Of a stretch of DNA of 62,037 nucleotides, positions 8,467 to 15,864 are shown piece after piece. A program made the translations under genes and the position numbers. The DNA lies in the IMG/VR virus record IMGVR_UViG_3300027535_000001, positions 1-62,037 of that record; one strand, 5' to 3'. Within the stretch, counting starts at the first letter, position 1, and each line of letters begins with the position of its first letter. Source of the DNA: a virus. The notes beneath the pieces are model-generated. The model ran no database searches and had not been told where the DNA came from. It worked only from the letters and a program-made list of their open reading frames with translations.

Positions 8467-8675
8467 GCCGCCTCGCTCTTGGCGATAACCCACCCCCGCA
8501 CTTCGGCCATGCGCTCCAGGCCCGAAAGGTAGGCGCGCGAAAGGTCGGCGCCCGATTTTAGCGCCCAGCGGACGGCGAGACCAATTTTAATCGCTACACT
8601 TGCGTCCGTCGCGCAATCAATCTCGGCCGTGAACTGCACCGCACCCGTAAAGCGGTTCTTGATTTCGTACTGCAT
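8463..8675 (-). CDS. hypothetical protein (70 aa), first gene of a leftward operon
   Basis: MQYEIKNRFTGAVQFTAEIDC... Preceded by GGGGA RBS. A divergent intergenic region lies upstream. Confidence 0.65.
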   Translation of the reverse strand: MQYEIKNRFTGAVQFTAEIDCATDASVAIKIGLAVRWALKSGADLSRAYLSGLERMAEVRGWVIAKSEAA

Positions 8676-8790
8676 GGTAATCCCCTTTTCGTGTTCGACC
8701 CGAAAACTGTACTATCTCATGGTACGCCTCGTCAAGTACCAAATTCATTGACAAGTCGGGCGCGAGGCGCGCAGCCTTGAGAAAGGAAAA

Positions 8791-8816
8791 CCCGCCACCG
8801 AGGGGGCGGTGGCGGG
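8791..8816 (-). terminator. candidate intrinsic terminator acting on leftward transcription
   Basis: Perfect 10-bp GC stem cccgccaccg/cggtggcggg with a 6-nt loop. On the minus strand it is followed by TTTTCCTTTCTC. Confidence 0.5.
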
Positions 8817-8912
8817 CTTAGTACTGGTCGAACACGGGCGGGGAAGCGCTCGCAAGGGGCTACGAACCCCCCTCTTGTATACGCTCCCCAGCCAAAACGC
8901 AAGGGCTAGAAC

Positions 8913-11066
8913 ATGCTGGTGGAAGCGCTTGGATACGCGGCGTTCGGCTGGCGGGTGGTGCCGCTCGCCGGCATGGTCGACGGGCGCTGCACCTGCGGCA
9001 AGGATTGCGGGAAGGACGCCGGGAAACACCCTAGAATCCGCAAGGGAAAAGGCGGGTGGGGATCGTCGGACCCGAACCAGGTGCGGGCCTGGTGGGAGAA
9101 GTGGCCCGACTCGAACATCGGCATCGCGACGGGCTCCGGGCTGGTCGTCATCGACCTTGACGACTCACCCCAACTTGCTGCGTTCCAACAACTTTTAGGT
9201 GGCGCCGAGTTGCGCACCTTGGTGGCGCAAACCGGGCGCGGGTGGCACGTCTACGTTGCGGGAGACATGCCAACGTCCCGTAATGTCGGGGATATTTTGG
9301 TTCGCGGCGAGGGATCGTATGTGGTGGCGCCACCGAGCCGGCATCGTTCGGGAGCAATCTACCGCTGGATTCGCCAGGGGCCGATCGCCGAGTGGCCGGA
9401 AGCAGTCAAGAAATGGGCGCTGGAGGGTGCGGCAAATGCGCACGCCTACGCTAAAGCTACGGCGCTGCAAGCGCAATTGGGACAAATTCCTTCGTATATA
9501 CAACAGACTAACACGTTATCCTCAAAAGCTACCCTTACCCAATGGACGCCAGCCGAAGAAGAAAGAATACGTAGCGCGCTCAAAGCCATACCGGCGTCGG
9601 TGCAGCGCAAACCTTGGCTCGATATCGGCATGGCGCTCCACTCCCTCCAGTGGGAGCGGCCGGACGGCTCGAACGCGGGTTTTGAGATTTGGGACGAGTG
9701 GTCGAGCACGTGCGAGGCGAAATATAGCCGGCACGATACCGAGACGCGGTGGGGCTCGTTTAAAAGGTCGGGGATTGGGATAGGGACCTTGTTTCACTTA
9801 GCGGGGGAAGCGGGATGGCAGGAAATCAATGGCGTGCTCGCAACGGTGCCTACGCTGGTCATGGGCGCCGAACCCATCCAATTCGACCTGGACCGCTACC
9901 GGAACCCCAAACCGACATGCGTAAACGCCAGACGCGCCATACAGCGCCTCGGGCTCGTATGCCAGCGTGACACCTTTCACGACCGGATGACGGTCGGAGG
10001 CCAGCCAGCCGGCGAGTGGGCCGGCGAGGTGTCAGATTATACCGACCAAGCGTTGCGCGTGATGATCCACCAGCAATTCGGGTTCGACCCTGGAACGATG
10101 AACACGCACGACGCGATCGTGCAGGAGTGCCTTGCACACTCGTTCCACCCCATCCGGGCTTATCTCGACGGGCTCCGTTGGGACGGCCGGCCGCGAATCG
10201 CTCAATGGCTATCCACTTACCTGCAAGCCGACAATACTGATCTTAATCGGGAAATAGGCCGTCTTACGCTTTTGGCGGCGGTGCGGCGCGTGCGACGACC
10301 CGGCGCCAAGTTCGACCCTATCATGGTGCTCGAAAGCCCGGAGGGCACCGGCAAATCCGGGGCGGTCGAGATGCTGGCGGGAAAAGAGAACTTCTCGGAC
10401 CAAACCATTCTCACCCTCGATGACCGGGGCCAGCAGGAAGCCGTGCAAGGCGTCTGGCTCTACGAAATCGCAGACCTAGCGGGAAAGTCCCGCGCCGATC
10501 TGGATCGCGTCAAGACCTTCGCCAGCCGCACAGCCGACCGGGCGCGGCCGGCCTATGGGCGGCACCGGGTAGACCGGCCGCGTCAAAACGTGTTCATCGG
10601 CACCACCAATGAAAAAATGTATTTGCAAAGCGAGACGGGCAACCGGCGCTTTTGGGGGGTGGAGGTGGGAATAACCCAGCTAGACGAGCTGGGCGCCGAC
10701 CGTGATCAGTTGTGGGCGGAAGCGTCCTACATGGAAGCGCAAGGCGCCACGATAGATTTGCACCCCCGGTATTGGGAGCCGATGGGCGAGCGTCAAAGCG
10801 CCCGCATGGTAGGCGACCCATGGGACGACATTTTGCGCAACGTGGTCGGGACCGAATACCTGCGGGAAAGTAACTTGGATATCGAGCAAAGGATTTCCAC
10901 AAGGGACTTATTCGAGGTATGGCTTAAAATCCCCGCGCATCAGCAGACCAATCATATGTATAAACGACTAAGCTACATCATGAAGCGGTTAAAATGGGAA
11001 GGGCCTGCGATATTTAAGAACAAGGAAAACAGCGTTGTGCGCGGTTATAAGCGTAGTTTGCCGTAA
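8913..11066 (+). CDS. bifunctional primase-polymerase / PriCT / VirE-D5-type P-loop helicase
   Basis: 717 aa. N-terminal Prim-Pol block (FGWRVVPL...GKHPR...NIGIATGSGLVVIDLD). Middle PriCT-like block (WLDIGMALHS...IWDEWS). Walker A ESPEGTGKS. Confidence 0.85.
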   Translation: MLVEALGYAAFGWRVVPLAGMVDGRCTCGKDCGKDAGKHPRIRKGKGGWGSSDPNQVRAWWEKWPDSNIGIATGSGLVVIDLDDSPQLAAFQQLLGGAELRTLVAQTGRGWHVYVAGDMPTSRNVGDILVRGEGSYVVAPPSRHRSGAIYRWIRQGPIAEWPEAVKKWALEGAANAHAYAKATALQAQLGQIPSYIQQTNTLSSKATLTQWTPAEEERIRSALKAIPASVQRKPWLDIGMALHSLQWERPDGSNAGFEIWDEWSSTCEAKYSRHDTETRWGSFKRSGIGIGTLFHLAGEAGWQEINGVLATVPTLVMGAEPIQFDLDRYRNPKPTCVNARRAIQRLGLVCQRDTFHDRMTVGGQPAGEWAGEVSDYTDQALRVMIHQQFGFDPGTMNTHDAIVQECLAHSFHPIRAYLDGLRWDGRPRIAQWLSTYLQADNTDLNREIGRLTLLAAVRRVRRPGAKFDPIMVLESPEGTGKSGAVEMLAGKENFSDQTILTLDDRGQQEAVQGVWLYEIADLAGKSRADLDRVKTFASRTADRARPAYGRHRVDRPRQNVFIGTTNEKMYLQSETGNRRFWGVEVGITQLDELGADRDQLWAEASYMEAQGATIDLHPRYWEPMGERQSARMVGDPWDDILRNVVGTEYLRESNLDIEQRISTRDLFEVWLKIPAHQQTNHMYKRLSYIMKRLKWEGPAIFKNKENSVVRGYKRSLP

Positions 11067-11275
11067 CCCTGTTACCACGCGTTACCTAAAAACATTATAT
11101 ATATCAACATGGTAACACGGTAACAGGTATTTCTTATAAAAGAAAAGGGGTAGGGGGAATAGAACGTATAATATAGATATACATACAGCTACGCATAGAT
11201 GGTGGTACATAGACGACGCCTAAGGACTCCTGGGAGTTTGCCGTTACCCCGTAACTGCTGTTACCGTTTATTAAT
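11055..11275. promoter_or_regulatory. candidate replication origin: GTTACC iterons, inverted repeat around an AT-rich spacer
   Basis: IR cctgttaccacgcgttacc (11068-11086) / ggtaacacggtaacagg (11111-11127) flanks taaaaacattatatatatcaacat. agtttgccgt[at]acc...ctgttacc repeats at 11055-11076 and 11235-11265. AT-rich 11160-11190. Confidence 0.45.
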
Positions 11276-11442
11276 CATAACGAATGTTTATATTTGGAAG
11301 GTGCCCACAGGTTCGCCCATGTCCATTCGACCGTCGCCAGTTCCGGTGATTGTCTCGCCCATGCGAGTGCTTCGGGCAGCGTGGAGAACGGCCCGACAAA
11401 TTGCGTAGCGTCAAAGGGCGGGTCAACGCGGATGATATACAT
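11275..11442 (-). CDS. hypothetical protein (55 aa)
   Basis: Preferred start MYIIRVDPPFDATQF at 11442 within ORF 11275-11505. Confidence 0.45.
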   Translation of the reverse strand: MYIIRVDPPFDATQFVGPFSTLPEALAWARQSPELATVEWTWANLWAPSKYKHSL

Positions 11443-11508
11443 TTGTTTGGTTCCTTTCGATTGCCGCCTAGCGCCACCCGAACGGGGAATGGCGCCAAGC
11501 TCCAATCG

Positions 11509-11715
11509 CTAAAGGGAGGGAAGCAGTTTTGCCAAACGCGTGCCGTTGAATTTCTCGGCGATCTGTTGGGCACCCCGGCGCTTGATAGACCAACCGAGCA
11601 GGTAACCTAGTGGTTGGTCTTTGCCAGTCGAGAGCACAAGCCACACGGGCGACGGCTTGTCGCCGCGCGCTTGTTGTTCGGCCCACATTTTGGCGAGCAG
11701 GTGCATGTCATTCAT
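11509..11715 (-). CDS. hypothetical protein (68 aa)
   Basis: MNDMHLLAKMWAEQQARGDKPSPVWLVLSTGKDQPLGYLLGW... Start overlaps the stop of the upstream Cys-rich ORF (ATGAATGA). Confidence 0.5.
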   Translation of the reverse strand: MNDMHLLAKMWAEQQARGDKPSPVWLVLSTGKDQPLGYLLGWSIKRRGAQQIAEKFNGTRLAKLLPSL

Positions 11716-11872
11716 CCTCCCAAGTCGGCATGTCGACCGCTTCCCAGCCGAACGGGCCGTACCGCTCGTCAAGATCACTGGTGAAAAAGCGGGCGTCATC
11801 CTCTCGGCAATCGCCGTTCCATTCAAGCGAGTGCCAGTGACCGCAGATACCGCATTCGTAAAATTTTGGCAT
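11708..11872 (-). CDS. Cys/Trp-rich small protein (54 aa)
   Basis: MPKFYECGICGHWHSLEWNGDCREDDARFF... Not in the ORF track (<60 aa). Fits between neighbours without conflict. Confidence 0.5.
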   Translation of the reverse strand: MPKFYECGICGHWHSLEWNGDCREDDARFFTSDLDERYGPFGWEAVDMPTWEDE

Positions 11873-11876
11873 GGTG

Positions 11877-12146
11877 TCACCCTCCCGTCGCCAAGCGCTC
11901 GAAAGTCGAGTCGTCTACCTTGGGCCAAGCGCTTACGCCCATGTAACTCATGTGTTTTGCCGTGGTTACGCTGTAGTTCGAGGAGCGGCGACAACGTCCC
12001 CACCCATCTGTCGCAGGGTTTGAAGCCCGTGCGGCTTGCTTGGTATCTTCGAACGCCACGCAAGTTTGATAGCTGAAATACCAGGATCGGCTACCGACTG
12101 TGATTATGGTGGCGTTCGGATTTATGCGTTGAATGGAGAGGGTCAT
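11877..12146 (-). CDS. hypothetical protein (89 aa)
   Basis: Start MTLSIQRINPNATIITVGSRSWYFSYQTCVAF at 12146 (ATGA overlap with upstream gene). Confidence 0.6.
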   Translation of the reverse strand: MTLSIQRINPNATIITVGSRSWYFSYQTCVAFEDTKQAARASNPATDGWGRCRRSSNYSVTTAKHMSYMGVSAWPKVDDSTFERLATGG

Positions 12147-12400
12147 GACAACCCCCGCATGGCGCAAACGACTTTGTCGACGCTGAACGCGGCGCCGTCT
12201 GGCGTGCTCACGGCGCCAAGCTCCGTGCGGTGCTTGTATCCGCACTCGACAAGATCGACGATGAACGCTCGCGCCGCTTCGCGCCTGGTTTTGGCTTGCT
12301 TGATGCAATCGAGCGCAAGGCGGTAAAGCCCTTCGTCGTTACCGATCCACAAGCTTACATTCCAGTAAGCCCATGAACGGTGTCCGTTGTAGGTGCTCAT
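12143..12400 (-). CDS. hypothetical protein (85 aa)
   Basis: Start MSTYNGHRSWAYWNVSLWIGNDEGLY at 12400, downstream of the intergenic hairpin 12435-12460. Confidence 0.6.
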   Translation of the reverse strand: MSTYNGHRSWAYWNVSLWIGNDEGLYRLALDCIKQAKTRREAARAFIVDLVECGYKHRTELGAVSTPDGAAFSVDKVVCAMRGLS

Positions 12401-12420
12401 AACTTGGCCCTTTCGTTTTC

Positions 12421-12460
12421 GGCATGATCGCCGCAGATAGCGCCCGTGTAGAGCGCTATC
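12421..12460. repeat. intergenic motif GGCATGATCGCCGC + 8-bp hairpin (family member 1)
   Basis: ggcatgatcgccgc (12421-12434), then stem gatagcgc (12436-12443) / gcgctatc (12453-12460). Confidence 0.7.
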
Positions 12461-12468
12461 GACTCCGA

Positions 12469-12807
12469 TCAATCGGCATTCGCCTTTTGGTGTTCTACAT
12501 AGTCGCGGCGCGAGGCGACGCTACAGAAAATCCCGTAACTGTAGGATGATTGGCCGCGCTCTTTGGTGGGCAGGCAATAGGGCAGATACGCGGGCTTGGC
12601 TTTGCGCGCTTCGCGCCAGCATAGAGCGGCAAAGGAAGCGATGGCGCGCTTGGACAGTCCGAAAGTTTCGCCGCTGTCCAACATAGAGGCCTCGTCGCGT
12701 ATGGCGTTTTTCAACTCGCGCCTGGTAGTGACCATAACCACGTAAGGGTCGCCATCCGGCATGTAGCAACCGCGAAGCCCGTGCATGATGTGAAAATATT
12801 TCGCCAT
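12469..12807 (-). CDS. hypothetical protein (112 aa)
   Basis: Start MAKYFHIMHGLRGCYMPDG at 12807, preceded by the conserved leader aggtctaacccaaaaggagtc. Confidence 0.65.
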   Translation of the reverse strand: MAKYFHIMHGLRGCYMPDGDPYVVMVTTRRELKNAIRDEASMLDSGETFGLSKRAIASFAALCWREARKAKPAYLPYCLPTKERGQSSYSYGIFCSVASRRDYVEHQKANAD

Positions 12808-12839
12808 GGTCTCGACTCCTTTTGGGTTAGACCTATTCC

Positions 12840-12880
12840 GGCTTGATCGCCGCACTAGCCTGCCACGGCGGACAGGCTAG
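12840..12880. repeat. intergenic motif GGCTTGATCGCCGC + hairpin (family member 2)
   Basis: 41 nt, near-identical (2 mismatches) to 13236-13276. Stem ctagcctg (12855-12862) / caggctag (12873-12880). Confidence 0.8.
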
Positions 12881-12902
12881 GACCGCAATCATTCGTTGAC
12901 AT

Positions 12903-13208
12903 TCATGGTGACATCAACCGAGCAGGCAATTGTATCCAATGGCCACAATCGCAACGTTCGCCGTTGTCACACACAAAGCGATTAACCACGACATTATCGC
13001 TTTGGTGATTGCACTCGTATGTGCCGCCAGCGACCACACCACACTCGGCACAAAACTCCACACTATCGCCGCCTTCGTGACACCCGTTCCAGCCCTCATA
13101 TTTTAGATCGGAGTGACTAGCGCAATAGTCACGATGGTAAGCGTCGGAACAGAATGGGATTACGTCAACCACATTACCGACACCATTTTCAATGATATGC
13201 ACATGCAT
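12903..13208 (-). CDS. Cys/His-rich hypothetical protein (101 aa)
   Basis: MHVHIIENGVGNVVDVIPFCSDAYHRDYCASH...CAECG...CDCGHW. Multiple CxxC/H pairs. Confidence 0.65.
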   Translation of the reverse strand: MHVHIIENGVGNVVDVIPFCSDAYHRDYCASHSDLKYEGWNGCHEGGDSVEFCAECGVVAGGTYECNHQSDNVVVNRFVCDNGERCDCGHWIQLPARLMSP

Positions 13209-13235
13209 GTTCCTGTCCTTTCCAAGGTTCAGGTC

Positions 13236-13276
13236 GGCATGATCGCCGCTCTAGCCTGCCACGGCGGACAGGCTAG
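13236..13276. repeat. intergenic motif GGCATGATCGCCGC + hairpin (family member 3)
   Basis: ggcatgatcgccgc, then ctagcctgcc acggc ggacaggctag. Lies between the stop at 13285 and the start at 13208. Confidence 0.8.
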
Positions 13277-13284
13277 GACTGAGA

Positions 13285-13557
13285 TCAGTAGTAGCAATGA
13301 CGGAATACGTGGTTGCCTTCGCCGTCGTCCGTCACATAGCCGCGCACGGTACAGCCGGCCAAGCGAGTGACGGCGGGGATAGAAAAGTATGTATCGGCTT
13401 CGCCCGTGATGTAGACGCTGCGCCGCATGTCACCCGCTAGGTTGTCGAGACGGCAATTGTTGATTCGGGCGAGTGAGGGTCCGCCCATCCATTCGGCATA
13501 CCAAGCGATAGCGCCATCGGCTTGCGTCTCGGCTTTGTCCGCGCGGTACTTTTGCAT
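13285..13557 (-). CDS. hypothetical protein (90 aa)
   Basis: MQKYRADKAETQADGAIAWYAEWMGGPSLARINNCRLDN... Clean ORF in the leftward operon. Confidence 0.65.
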   Translation of the reverse strand: MQKYRADKAETQADGAIAWYAEWMGGPSLARINNCRLDNLAGDMRRSVYITGEADTYFSIPAVTRLAGCTVRGYVTDDGEGNHVFRHCYY

Positions 13558-13569
13558 GATATTGGTCCT

Positions 13570-13749
13570 TTATCCGTGCGCCATTATGCGCGTTTGTCCG
13601 GTAGGCAGCTCGGCGAGTAGAGCGCAACGCGGACCCTGCTGGCGCAAAAGGTCCGCTATGCGGTCTAGGGCGAGCTGTGGTATGGTGGCTGGGTCCGCTT
13701 CAAAGCGGAGTAGTTCGCGGCCGGTGCAGAGAATGCGGAAGGTGATCAT
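13570..13749 (-). CDS. hypothetical protein (59 aa)
   Basis: Preferred start MITFRILCTGRELLRFEAD at 13749, 5 nt after the upstream stop. Confidence 0.5.
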   Translation of the reverse strand: MITFRILCTGRELLRFEADPATIPQLALDRIADLLRQQGPRCALLAELPTGQTRIMAHG

Positions 13750-13753
13750 GGTG

Positions 13754-14014
13754 TCACCCGCGCAAGTCGAGAATGACGCGGGCGCGGTCCCAATCAGGAT
13801 TGTGGTTATTGCGCGCGTCACAGTTGATGGCAGTAGCAGCGGCGCCGAGTCGTGAGGCTATTTCGTATTGTTTATCGTGAAACGCGGCGCTTGCTTGGAT
13901 GCGAAGATAGGAGGCGATAGTTTTGGGGTCGCGGCCGACATTATCGTCACCGCGCGAGCCGATGAGACTGTGGCAGTACAGTAACTCGCCGTCTTTCCAT
14001 TCGGTCATAAGCAT
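13754..14014 (-). CDS. hypothetical protein (86 aa), first gene of the leftward arm
   Basis: MLMTEWKDGELLYCHSLIGSRGDD... Preceded by the conserved leader aggtctaacccaaaggagtc (AAGGAG RBS). Confidence 0.65.
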   Translation of the reverse strand: MLMTEWKDGELLYCHSLIGSRGDDNVGRDPKTIASYLRIQASAAFHDKQYEIASRLGAAATAINCDARNNHNPDWDRARVILDLRG

Positions 14015-14109
14015 CGGTCCCGACTCCTTTGGGTTAGACCTGTTCTAGTGACTTTACTATCTAGTATGCGAGGTAGGGCGTATATCCGTAGGAATACGTA
14101 TGTGACAGA
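14015..14109. promoter_or_regulatory. divergent control region between the two genome arms, with palindromic operator candidates
   Basis: TACTAtcTAGTA palindrome at 14055-14066. 20-bp imperfect palindrome cgtatatccgtaggaatacg at 14079-14098. Genes diverge at 14014 (-) and 14110 (+). Confidence 0.5.
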
Positions 14110-14436
14110 ATGACGCAGAAATATAACCATGCGGCTTTGCGGGAAGCGATCGCGATATTGCGGCCGGCGCGAGTGAGAGAACTTTTTGACGGCCGAGCTG
14201 ACAGCGGCGCAATTAGCTACTGGGTATCCGGTCGACGGCGTATGCCTGGCTGGGCTCGAGACATGGTGTTGCGTCGGATCGAATCGCACGTGCGAAATGC
14301 TCTTGCGATTGGTTCGCAATTAGCGGCGTTTGAGCTTGCTCCTGGTAATGCGAAGCGTTCGCAACAAGGCTATTCACTATCTAGCAATGTTAATTTTAGG
14401 CATACCGGGGTCCGACCCCCTGCCGAGCACGTGTGA
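14110..14436 (+). CDS. putative DNA-binding regulator (108 aa)
   Basis: Divergent from the leftward operon. Segment GAISYWVSGRRRMPGWARDMVLRRIE resembles the Cro/antirepressor-type 'I am being called' HTH. Function inferred mainly from position. Confidence 0.45.
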   Translation: MTQKYNHAALREAIAILRPARVRELFDGRADSGAISYWVSGRRRMPGWARDMVLRRIESHVRNALAIGSQLAAFELAPGNAKRSQQGYSLSSNVNFRHTGVRPPAEHV

Positions 14437-14674
14437 AACTTTACCACGCGGTTTTGGGTTATGTGTACTCGTTTCCGTGTTTTTATCGCCGGCCGGCTTC
14501 CCGCTCCACGACTCGCTACCGATGTCAAGCGAAATCTTTTGACCGCCAGCCTTCCGACCAGCTCGCCGAGCCCTCGCTTTTTACTTAACCCATTGAATTA
14601 GCTTAGCTATCGCCCTACAGCGCTTGATCCGTAACAGACTTTGAAGTGTGTACCAGTCTCGATTAGCTAAACTC

Positions 14675-14702
14675 TTGATATAATTGATGTAATCGCTGTA
14701 AT
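14675..14702 (+). promoter_or_regulatory. candidate sigma70-type promoter for the rightward arm
   Basis: TTGATA (14675-14680), 16 nt, TGTAAT (14697-14702). A perfect TATAAT also lies at 14679-14684, in the most AT-rich part of a 560-bp non-coding region. Confidence 0.35.
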
Positions 14703-14913
14703 CCTCGATCGAGGAGCGAGGCACCCGGCGCCGCACGCTTACATGCGACCGCATGTCGCATGCTAACCGAGCGGTAGAATTGTTAACCGGCCGGTAGAAT
14801 CGCCCGGTCGACGGCCCGCAGCCGTGGTGATGCTCGGGGTAGCCACCTCAACCGTCCCCCAAAAATAAAAAATGCCCTATTGCAAAACGCGCTTGTTTGT
14901 GTTTAGCCTCGAT

Positions 14914-14979
14914 CGCTCGGCGCCTCACTCCTTCGGCTCACCCACAGCCTCCTCACACCGAAGCGAGGGGCGCCGAGCG
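14914..14979 (+). promoter_or_regulatory. long nested stem-loop in the 5' leader of the CHAP gene
   Basis: Outer arms cgctcggcgcctc (14914-14926) / gaggggcgccgagcg (14965-14979). Inner arms cttcgg (14931-14936) / ccgaag (14958-14963). Ends 25 nt before ATG 15004. Confidence 0.5.
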
Positions 14980-15003
14980 CGAAACCCGAGGGATTTCAAT
15001 TAT

Positions 15004-15510
15004 ATGGCTGATCCCGCACCCGATGCCGACCCGACACCGTGGCTCACCAAGGCGATCTCGTATATCGGCGTGCACGAAGTCGGCTCGTCGAATTTCTCGC
15101 CGCAGATCGCGGCATGGGAAAAAGAGCAGGGTTTTAAGATCGAGCCCGAGCCGTGGTGCGCGATCTTCGTCGGGGGGTGCTTGGTGGAAACCGGGCGCGA
15201 GGGCAGCGGCACCGAGTGGGCGCTCGACTACGCCCAGTGGGGCCAGGAACTCGACGGGCCGGCGGTCGGCGCCATCGTGCCGATCAAGCGGCCGGGCGGC
15301 GGCCACGTGTTCTTCGTACTCGGCAAGGATTCGATAGGCCGCATCGTCGGTGTCGGCGGCAACCAGAGCGATCAGGTCAGCCGCGCCGCTTTCCCGCTCT
15401 CGCGCATCAACCACGGCTATCGCTGGCCGGCCGATGATCCACTGCCGGACGAAACCGGCATGGACAGCCTGCCGGTCATCAACGCGGACGGATCAACCAA
15501 GGAGGATTGA
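15004..15510 (+). CDS. TIGR02594-like NlpC/P60-CHAP cell-wall hydrolase
   Basis: Start MADPAPDADPTPW at 15004. Catalytic-type blocks PWCAIFVGGC and GGGHVFFVLG, then VGGNQSDQVS, as in TIGR02594 phage peptidoglycan hydrolases. Confidence 0.8.
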   Translation: MADPAPDADPTPWLTKAISYIGVHEVGSSNFSPQIAAWEKEQGFKIEPEPWCAIFVGGCLVETGREGSGTEWALDYAQWGQELDGPAVGAIVPIKRPGGGHVFFVLGKDSIGRIVGVGGNQSDQVSRAAFPLSRINHGYRWPADDPLPDETGMDSLPVINADGSTKED

Positions 15511-15512
15511 AC

Positions 15513-15689
15513 ATGGGCGCCAACGTCTGGTTCTGGCTGGTTTTCGTATTCATCGGCGTATTCGGCGCATGGTCCATGAGCCCGTGGCGAGGGCCTGCAA
15601 CGCCGTGGGGGTTTTTTGGCGGCTATGTGGTTTGCCTTGTCCTCATCGGCATTCTCGGCTTCCACGCCTTTGGAAGTCCGATTCGCTGA
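15513..15689 (+). CDS. two-TM small membrane protein
   Basis: AGGAGG RBS 8 nt before ATG 15513. MGANVWFWLVFVFIGVFGAW...GGYVVCLVLIGILGF. Confidence 0.6.
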   Translation: MGANVWFWLVFVFIGVFGAWSMSPWRGPATPWGFFGGYVVCLVLIGILGFHAFGSPIR

Positions 15690-15864
15690 TGCTCGGCGCC
15701 CCGTGCCCGCAAGTCCCGCATCCGCGTGGGTTGGCCGAAAATAGTGGCGTTGAGCAACAGGCGGTAGGTGCCCTGGACCGTTCTGGCTCGCGGTCGAGTT
15801 TGTACCTAGGCACCTCGCAAGTCGCCCAGACGAGCCGCTTGATTAACCGAAAGGAGAAATCCCC

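Noticed and set aside
14872-15003. Long version of the CHAP ORF starting at 14872 (MPYCKTRLFVFSL...).
   Set aside because: The extra 44 codons cover the nested stem-loop leader and have a non-protein-like composition. ATG 15004 is preceded by GAGGGA and begins the conserved domain.
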